Origin: a virus
Taxonomy: Duplodnaviria; Caudoviricetes
Direction: 5' to 3' (one strand)
Length of the DNA: 64,000 nt
Virus record (IMG/VR): IMGVR_UViG_3300029982_000009
The number at the start of each line of letters is the position of its first letter. Position 1 is the first letter of the stretch. The notes below the pieces were generated by a model that did no database searches, had not been told where the DNA came from, and saw only the letters and a list, made by a program, of their open reading frames with translations. Below are positions 57,303 to 63,645 of this stretch, piece by piece. A program made the position numbers and the translations under genes.

Positions 57303-58013
57303 ATGAAAATTGCAGAATTATTATTTGAGGGTGGTAATGCCTTTGTTGGCGACTTAGCTGTAATTCGTATTGCTAGAGCCCAAGTAAAACCTACGGTCGC
57401 TTTTCTAGAGGGTATTACCGGTCTCTCGCTTTTGAATAACATGCTCGGATCAACGGGTATTAAAGAAACGAGTGGAGATATCGATCTAGCAGTTGATAGG
57501 TCGGAAATAACTAAAGATGAATTATTAGTTACTATCAGACAATGGACAGATGCTCATAATATGACGGCCGTTATGCCTGCAAAAAAATTAGGCAGTAGTG
57601 TAACGATGCGTTGCCCGATCTCTGGCAACCCGAAAAATGGTTTCGTTCAGGTAGATTTAATGTTTGTATCCGACATTGAATTTGCGAGATGGGCAATTCG
57701 TGCGAATCCTGATAGTAAATATAAAAATCTAGTAAAGAATAAGCTATTATATAATCTTGCAAAGTCGATGAATTTACGATATCAAGAGCAGGAAGGATTA
57801 ACTACTCTTGACACAAAGAAACTTCTTAAAAATGGCAATAATCCAGATTTCATTGCGAAAAAATTATTGAATGCTAAAGCAACGAGAAAAGATATTGAGT
57901 CAGTTGAAAGTATAATGGCTGCATTGAAAAATGATCCTAAAAAAGAGGAAAAACTTCGATTTGCTTATCCTGCGGTATTGGCAGAAGTCGGAGTTGATTT
58001 GAGATCGATATGA
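57303..58013 (+). CDS. Pol-beta-superfamily nucleotidyltransferase
   Basis: LGSTG.K..SGDIDLAVD (GS...DxD) and FVQVDLMF third Asp. Confidence 0.75.
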   Translation: MKIAELLFEGGNAFVGDLAVIRIARAQVKPTVAFLEGITGLSLLNNMLGSTGIKETSGDIDLAVDRSEITKDELLVTIRQWTDAHNMTAVMPAKKLGSSVTMRCPISGNPKNGFVQVDLMFVSDIEFARWAIRANPDSKYKNLVKNKLLYNLAKSMNLRYQEQEGLTTLDTKKLLKNGNNPDFIAKKLLNAKATRKDIESVESIMAALKNDPKKEEKLRFAYPAVLAEVGVDLRSI

Positions 58014-58597
58014 AAATATGCGAAATTGAGAACTCAACTCCTCTGGAACGATTGGAGATGGCAGAAATGGTAGCAAATAATATTCAAGACAATTGTTCTA
58101 CGGCTATCAAGTCATTTAATGTATGTCAGAATCTTTTGTTTTCCGGAATTTATAACCACACCGAATTTTCATTTACCAGCCACTCGCCGGAACATAGAAC
58201 GCCCAGAGGTATGTCAAAAGAGCAACAACTCTATCTTGATTCATGCCTAAGAATAATGGGGTTTACTGCATTACGAAGTAATAGTATGTTTTGCATTGCC
58301 GATTATATGCAAGCTAAAAATTTTGGAGAATTGTATATAATTTTTCCTTGTGATGGATTCTCGTTTACATGGAGTAAGAAACGAAAATATATGTCCTGGA
58401 TTAATACCCCGCATGGTCCTTTACTTGCTAGCAGAGCTGATGCGTCGGCAACAATTTCTATTTTTGGATTAAAGAATAAAAATTTTGTCAATGCGGTTAA
58501 CTCGGGGAATGAAATATTAATACATGGTGACTATTATGCGTTGAAAGTATATACAGATGGCGCCGCACGGGTTTTGAAAAAATTAGGTATATTCTAG
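58010..58597 (+). CDS. putative ADP-ribosyltransferase-fold protein, paralogue 6 (Arg lost)
   Basis: LLFSG...LRSNSMFC...FG..Y.IFP..GF.FTWS...GNEI.IHG.Y. Confidence 0.55.
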   Translation: MKICEIENSTPLERLEMAEMVANNIQDNCSTAIKSFNVCQNLLFSGIYNHTEFSFTSHSPEHRTPRGMSKEQQLYLDSCLRIMGFTALRSNSMFCIADYMQAKNFGELYIIFPCDGFSFTWSKKRKYMSWINTPHGPLLASRADASATISIFGLKNKNFVNAVNSGNEILIHGDYYALKVYTDGAARVLKKLGIF

Positions 58598-58609
58598 GTA
58601 AATACTAAT

Positions 58610-60112
58610 ATGCGATACTTTGAATTGTTTGAATCGAGTCGAGGAATTTTTGTAAGAACCCAGGAAGCCGCAGCGGGCAAAACTATTACGGTTTCAAATA
58701 AGGAAGGAGAAGTTTTAACGGCAATCGGAAATTATCTTCTTCCCGAGACTGGATTGTTTTATGCAAATGATGATGTTTCCAGCCTTCCGGCTAAAGCAAG
58801 ATTGCTGCCTTTAGGCGAGCAGAAAAAATTATTAAAGACCGGGCAGCAAAAAGTAATGGATGCATTGGAACAATATAAAATCACCGCAAAAATTTTACCC
58901 GCCAATTGGCATATTACGAATACTGCGGGAAGAGCGGCAATGATTACTCTCTGGACAAATAGCCGTAATCAAAAAGTTGCGTTTGTAAAACTATTTGTAT
59001 CCAAGAGTCCGAGTGCAATCCCATTTTATTGGAGCAATAGCAATTTCGCTCGAGATACCGGGTTTGCATTATCAAATGATGCTCAACAAAAATCTGAATT
59101 AAATCTTAAACCATTAACCGTTGTTGGGGTCGATGCGAGATTTACAATTGACGATCTATTGGAACAAATTGACGAAAATATTATAACCCATACCGAACTT
59201 CCTTTAGAAGTAATTGAGCAGGTGCCCAAACTTCTTAAGAATATTCAAGTCGGGTTTTCAAGTCCTATTGCAAATGCAGCCCAGTATATTAGTTCATATG
59301 AAGTTGATTTAGGTGAAACCGGGGCTCCGATTGCATTAATGACCGGTCATTTTATATCCGGCGCATACCAACAAGTTGAGGAACAATTATTGAAGCCAAT
59401 GGGATCAAGCTGGGCAAAGATTAAAACCTGCTCTTTTCCGATGGCAGGCAACGAACAGTTGGTAGATAGTTATTTAAACATTGACGCTGATACAAAATTA
59501 GGTATTAGTTCAAAAAATTCTAAAGGCGGCGCCGCTGCTAGCATTACAAGTTTATCCTCGGTAATTGAAAAAAATCCTGAAAGATTTAAAGATCTTGTTA
59601 AAAAGAAAAAATACAAATATCTATTTAATGTAATTAATCTTTTAAAGAATAAATCCGCAATTGATGGTCCACTTGAATTAGGTGTTATGTATGGAATTAT
59701 TGACGCCGCTGATTTGATTAAAATTAAGGCGGCCATTGATGATCCCAATCTTGTTAAAACCGACGTAACTAAAAAGCTGCAAAAATTGTTGGCCAATAAA
59801 ATTTATAACCCAGTTACCACAAGTCCTAATTATACTGTCGGGTTGCATCTTCTTACGGTAGTTGCTCATTTAGTAACTGCTCACCTTAATGAGCAAGAAG
59901 ATTTAGTTACCGAATTTTTCAAAGCTATCTTAGCTAGGTCAAATATGATTCAGGTAATGACCAAAATAAGTAAGACCGGAACCGGGGCAGCATTCACAGA
60001 TTTCAATGTTATCTGGCCACCAGTATTTCAGGGAAAGGTCCAATTTCAGTCCCAAAAAGCGTATTCAGCGAGTGCAAGGCCAAACGGACGAATATGTTTT
60101 AAAATTCACTAA
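58610..60112 (+). CDS. hypothetical late protein, possible PD-(D/E)xK nuclease C-terminal domain
   Basis: E..AP.AL...LVDSY......GISSK..GG motif spacing; TAAATA-N5-ATG. Confidence 0.5.
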   Translation: MRYFELFESSRGIFVRTQEAAAGKTITVSNKEGEVLTAIGNYLLPETGLFYANDDVSSLPAKARLLPLGEQKKLLKTGQQKVMDALEQYKITAKILPANWHITNTAGRAAMITLWTNSRNQKVAFVKLFVSKSPSAIPFYWSNSNFARDTGFALSNDAQQKSELNLKPLTVVGVDARFTIDDLLEQIDENIITHTELPLEVIEQVPKLLKNIQVGFSSPIANAAQYISSYEVDLGETGAPIALMTGHFISGAYQQVEEQLLKPMGSSWAKIKTCSFPMAGNEQLVDSYLNIDADTKLGISSKNSKGGAAASITSLSSVIEKNPERFKDLVKKKKYKYLFNVINLLKNKSAIDGPLELGVMYGIIDAADLIKIKAAIDDPNLVKTDVTKKLQKLLANKIYNPVTTSPNYTVGLHLLTVVAHLVTAHLNEQEDLVTEFFKAILARSNMIQVMTKISKTGTGAAFTDFNVIWPPVFQGKVQFQSQKAYSASARPNGRICFKIH

Positions 60113-60147
60113 CGAAAAGCCCACCTATCTAGGTGGGCTTTTCGTTA
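60110..60147. terminator. bidirectional terminator
   Basis: 18 bp arms TAACGAAAAGCCCACCTA-TC-TAGGTGGGCTTTTCGTTA. Confidence 0.8.
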
Positions 60148-60231
60148 ACTGGTTGTTCAATATTATCAATTTTCTATTTTAATTTTCAAATCGTCAGGTC
60201 ATATTTTCCTCATTCCAAAATTAAAACTTTT

Positions 60232-60663
60232 TTATCCAATAGGAAATAAATGTGGGATAATCGGCTGCTTCGGACGATTACGTTGCAAAAATAAATTATG
60301 AGTAGCAAACGGTGTAACAATTGAGGCATCCGTAGCTAACCACACTCTAGCGAGCCTACGATGCCCATGCCGATTTAGATATCGTGCGGCAAAATAATCA
60401 ACGCCGACCATTCCGCCTTCAAATCCTATCAGTGCCGCAGTATGATTTGTAATCTTGCTGGGCAAAAAATCTTCACGGTCGTGATCGTTTCCCGTTAGCA
60501 TGTATCGAGTAGAAAATGTATCTAGCCCTCGAGCAGTAATGTCAGCCCCAAGTAAAATCTTTTCAGATCGATCAAGATTTGGTGTGGGGACCGATGGCAG
60601 TTCTTGCGCTGCAAGTGACATAGCCGCTAGCGAAAGTGCCAGAATACCAATGTGTGCTCTCAT
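60232..60663 (-). CDS. secreted/membrane protein with signal peptide
   Basis: MRAHIGILALSLAAMSLAA.ELPS.P...R.LD..ST motif. Confidence 0.7.
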   Translation of the reverse strand: MRAHIGILALSLAAMSLAAQELPSVPTPNLDRSEKILLGADITARGLDTFSTRYMLTGNDHDREDFLPSKITNHTAALIGFEGGMVGVDYFAARYLNRHGHRRLARVWLATDASIVTPFATHNLFLQRNRPKQPIIPHLFPIG

Positions 60664-60664
60664 A

Positions 60665-60886
60665 TTACCCCTTCTTTTTCGGCGTCGAATCAAACTGGAT
60701 TTCTGCGATTCGAATTTGCGGTTCGTTTGCACTATTAACGAACGCAGTGATTTTCAGCCACTTATTGTCCGTGAATACAATAACATTTTCACAATCTCCC
60801 GATCGAACAATTTCCAGGTGCCTAACGTTCGAGGTAATAAATGTGGTGATTGAATGTGGTCCTTCTGCAATAATCGGATCTGTCAT
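60665..60886 (-). CDS. hypothetical protein
   Basis: AAGGA RBS, 73 aa. Confidence 0.65.
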   Translation of the reverse strand: MTDPIIAEGPHSITTFITSNVRHLEIVRSGDCENVIVFTDNKWLKITAFVNSANEPQIRIAEIQFDSTPKKKG

Positions 60887-60901
60887 ATGTTCCTTTCTGA
60901 G

Positions 60902-61225
60902 TTAGCAAAGGTAATTCGCACCGTACAAATTAACTGCGGTTCCCCAGCCGAAATTGGCATCAAAAATATTTCCGCGCACATGCTTTGCCGCAGCGGCCCA
61001 GCTAGCGGCCCTGTAGATGTCGCCGGCTTGCTTGTCAATGAAGCAATAAACGCTTCTGCTGCCTTGGTCACTTTTAATGACCTTAAAAAACTTCCCGCCA
61101 TTAGAAATTTCGATAATGGACGGCGTGAGATTCTTGAAGTTTTCGGCATAATATTTGTTCGTTTCGTCTTGAATCTTGGCAACAAAACCAACCACCTGAG
61201 CAGCAACCTTTTCGTTAGCTTTCAT
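60902..61225 (-). CDS. conserved phage hypothetical protein
   Basis: RSVYCFIDK..GDIYRAASW.A.AK.VRGNI motif; start trimmed to ATG 61225 below promoter. Confidence 0.75.
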   Translation of the reverse strand: MKANEKVAAQVVGFVAKIQDETNKYYAENFKNLTPSIIEISNGGKFFKVIKSDQGSRSVYCFIDKQAGDIYRAASWAAAAKHVRGNIFDANFGWGTAVNLYGANYLC

Positions 61226-61244
61226 CCATTCCCTCACTGAAATA

Positions 61245-61273
61245 AGTGTATCAAAAATCAGATCACTTGTCAA
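61245..61273 (-). promoter_or_regulatory. sigma70-type early promoter
   Basis: TTGACA-N17-TACACT then TATTTCAGTGAGG. Confidence 0.8.
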
Positions 61274-61280
61274 CCGAAAA

Positions 61281-61580
61281 TTACAATTGATTTTTATATT
61301 TCTGCTTTCCCATCCACCATTCGTCGGAAACGGAGTCATACAACGGATGACGATAATCATCCTCATCCCATTCGCCGCCGCACAAATATTCGCTTTCGGT
61401 ATTGCCCGCACGATCCGGCCCCTCGCCGTTTTCGCTATAGCCGTACGAATCAAATCCTTCGTCGTCATCGTAGCATTCAGGATTAATACCGTTACCGCGT
61501 CCTCCGCCATTTTTTGCCCACCAATTTTGATCCTTGGCATACCAACGGCTTACGGTCGGACTGTATTTTCCTACGCTCAT
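61281..61580 (-). CDS. acidic conserved phage hypothetical protein
   Basis: GKYSPTV...EGFDSYGY...DRAG..E..Y motif. Confidence 0.75.
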   Translation of the reverse strand: MSVGKYSPTVSRWYAKDQNWWAKNGGGRGNGINPECYDDDEGFDSYGYSENGEGPDRAGNTESEYLCGGEWDEDDYRHPLYDSVSDEWWMGKQKYKNQL

Positions 61581-61589
61581 ATCTTATTT

Positions 61590-61800
61590 CCTCACTGAAA
61601 TAAGTATAGCAAAGTTCGGTACCGAATGCAAGCGAAAAATGATCGGAAAACACAAAAAATGATCTGTTGAAAATAAAGGACTTATATTGCCCCAAAATGC
61701 CACCAATTTTTTCGACAATATAATGCTACTCCAGAGGCTAATTGGGGCCCTGCTGGGGTAAAATCAGGAAATCGGTCCTTTAAAATCAACACTTTACCGA
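61590..61800 (-). repeat. promoter-linked ~200 bp intergenic module, copy 3 (inverted)
   Basis: reverse complement carries the same boxes and TTGCAT (61631)-N17-TATACT (61608). Confidence 0.85.
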
Positions 61801-61814
61801 TGTAAAAATTGCAG

Positions 61815-61843
61815 TTGACATCGTGATCGTCATTTGCTATAAT
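61815..61843 (+). promoter_or_regulatory. sigma70-type early promoter
   Basis: TTGACA-N17-TATAAT then TATTTCAGTGAGG. Confidence 0.85.
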
Positions 61844-61865
61844 TATTTCAGTGAGGAGAACAACT

Positions 61866-62114
61866 ATGCCGGATCAATCAGTTGCCCCGAAAAAGTTCAT
61901 CATTCAGATTCCCATGTATCGTGGGAAAGGGCGAAATAAGTCCTTTGTTTGCAACTGGTATGTGACTGGCTTCTCATGGCGCAATATGTCCGACGCAGAA
62001 CCCAACAAAATTCAGTATGGCGCGGATCGTTCTAGAGCTATTTCGATGGGGAAAATCACTGCGCAAGACCGGCTCTCGCAGTTTAGGCTTATCGGGGAAG
62101 TGGTTCCCGAATAA
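61866..62114 (+). CDS. hypothetical protein
   Basis: GAGGAG RBS; start trimmed to ATG 61866. Confidence 0.7.
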   Translation: MPDQSVAPKKFIIQIPMYRGKGRNKSFVCNWYVTGFSWRNMSDAEPNKIQYGADRSRAISMGKITAQDRLSQFRLIGEVVPE

Positions 62115-62121
62115 ATTTTGG

Positions 62122-62150
62122 TTGACAATGTATTCGAATTTTGCTATAAT
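62122..62150 (+). promoter_or_regulatory. sigma70-type early promoter
   Basis: TTGACA-N17-TATAAT. Confidence 0.85.
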
Positions 62151-62177
62151 TGGTTTAGTGAATGAGAAAGAGGTTTC

Positions 62178-62321
62178 ATGAGAAATCGATTGCTCTGGTG
62201 TTCGCAGGTGTTGGTGCTTACCTCAGCGTGCGCACTATTAACACACTTTCCCATTACCGCGATGTGTTGCGTAATTACATCTGCCGTAATTGGATTTTTT
62301 TCTGTAATTTTTGGTAGGTAA
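62178..62321 (+). CDS. small membrane protein (47 aa, not in ORF track)
   Basis: GAGG RBS; MRNRLLWCSQVLVLTSACALL...IGFFSVIFGR. Confidence 0.55.
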   Translation: MRNRLLWCSQVLVLTSACALLTHFPITAMCCVITSAVIGFFSVIFGR

Positions 62322-62324
62322 CGG

Positions 62325-62353
62325 TTGACAAGTAAATCCAAGTTTGCTATACT
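62325..62353 (+). promoter_or_regulatory. sigma70-type early promoter with ~110 nt leader
   Basis: TTGACA-N17-TATACT. Confidence 0.8.
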
Positions 62354-62463
62354 GATTATGTTGATGAGATAAACGTAACGGAAATGACGACTGATCATTC
62401 CGTTATAAAAGTTAACCCGGTGACTGCAAAGCAGCGCCCCAACCGAAAAGGACAAATTCAATT

Positions 62464-63108
62464 ATGAGTAATGTAGACACAAAGCTGTTCACTGTTGCCG
62501 GTACTTCACTTTCTAACGGTTCCTACAAGGCGCGTTTCGCGCAGGACGTTGCTGGACGTGTTAAGATGCTGGAGCGTTATGGCGACACCGATGTTGTACT
62601 GGTCGAGCTGCCCAATCCTATGACCAAGACTGATGCCATTGCATTCCTGCAGGAAGCGAAGCCCGTGGGCGTTAATCTCGAAGCACTTGCCTCCAAGGAA
62701 ACTTCATTGGTTGTGCGTAGCACTCCTCGCGCTACCAAGGCAACGAAGACCGATGAAGAGAAGGCTGCTGCGAAGCTCGCCAAGGAAACGGCAAAGGCCG
62801 CGAAGGTATTTGAGCGTGCCGCGGCAAAGGCAGCGAAGGAGCTCGCCCGTGCTAATGCAAAGATTGTGAAGGATGCCGAGAAGGCAACGAAGGCGGCCGC
62901 AAAGGCTGCTGCGAAGCCGGTTGCTCCCGTACTTCCGACGCCGGTCAAGCCGGTAGGTCCTGAGCCCATTGAGAAGCGTCCGGTTGCCGCCGACTCGCTG
63001 GTTACTACCATTGTCAATTCCGCTCGCAAGGGTCATTCGATCCGCGCCAAGGCGCAATCTGCACTAACCTCCACTCCCCAGGTTGCAACCGTCAACGACG
63101 TAGCCTAA
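62464..63108 (+). CDS. Ala/Lys-rich histone H1-like protein with conserved N-terminal domain
   Basis: FTVAGTS...K.RFA.D...R.K.L...G.TD..L.ELP.PMTK domain followed by AAKA repeats. Confidence 0.75.
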   Translation: MSNVDTKLFTVAGTSLSNGSYKARFAQDVAGRVKMLERYGDTDVVLVELPNPMTKTDAIAFLQEAKPVGVNLEALASKETSLVVRSTPRATKATKTDEEKAAAKLAKETAKAAKVFERAAAKAAKELARANAKIVKDAEKATKAAAKAAAKPVAPVLPTPVKPVGPEPIEKRPVAADSLVTTIVNSARKGHSIRAKAQSALTSTPQVATVNDVA

Positions 63109-63122
63109 TTCGAAAATCAATT

Positions 63123-63157
63123 AAAATAACGGGCTGACAGATTCAGCCCGTTATTTT
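63123..63157 (+). terminator. intrinsic terminator
   Basis: AAAATAACGGGCTGA-CAGAT-TCAGCCCGTTATTTT. Confidence 0.8.
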
Positions 63158-63181
63158 TATGGTAATTCAAGGAAAAATCAT

Positions 63182-63397
63182 ATGAAGCTATTTTGGGGAT
63201 TGATTGAAACCGCATCGCCGCATCGTCATACGTTTGATAAAGATAAATGGAAACTTGTTTCGGAATTTAAATCTGTAAGAATATATCGCGATTCACTGTA
63301 TAACGAACGGTCAGATGGGCATGTATTGCTCTACACGAATACCTGTCTTACCTGTGGGGATTTTCTAGAAAAGCAATTAGTTCAAATACCGGAATAG
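63182..63397 (+). CDS. hypothetical protein
   Basis: AAGGA RBS; H.H...C..CG possible zinc ribbon. Confidence 0.65.
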   Translation: MKLFWGLIETASPHRHTFDKDKWKLVSEFKSVRIYRDSLYNERSDGHVLLYTNTCLTCGDFLEKQLVQIPE

Positions 63398-63409
63398 AAG
63401 GCCATTTAA

Positions 63410-63634
63410 ATGGATAGACGATTTGTTATGCAATGCGGCGCCTGTGGCGCACATCTTTATCGGAACTGTTGCAGTGGGTATGATCCGTACGACCGTTGTC
63501 CGGCTTGCAGCAAATTTTTGAATACCGGAAGTCGTTCGTTATCTCTTGTGCGTACTGAGCAATACGTATCTACATCGGTATGGTATAATCCAGGCACATG
63601 GTTTTCTGGTAAATGGGTACCAATTGTGAACTAA
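63410..63634 (+). CDS. small zinc-finger protein
   Basis: CGAC...CC...CPAC. Confidence 0.65.
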   Translation: MDRRFVMQCGACGAHLYRNCCSGYDPYDRCPACSKFLNTGSRSLSLVRTEQYVSTSVWYNPGTWFSGKWVPIVN

Positions 63635-63645
63635 GGACATTATAT

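Noticed and set aside
60902-61540. 212 aa version of the ORF and other upstream-extended starts (33370, 54854, 55119, 1435)
   Set aside because: Extensions overlap other genes or promoters; internal ATGs with RBS or promoter support fit better
62354-62463. Known riboswitch (for example c-di-GMP) in the leader
   Set aside because: Stems do not reproduce the conserved junction nucleotides I would expect; kept only as a generic structured leader
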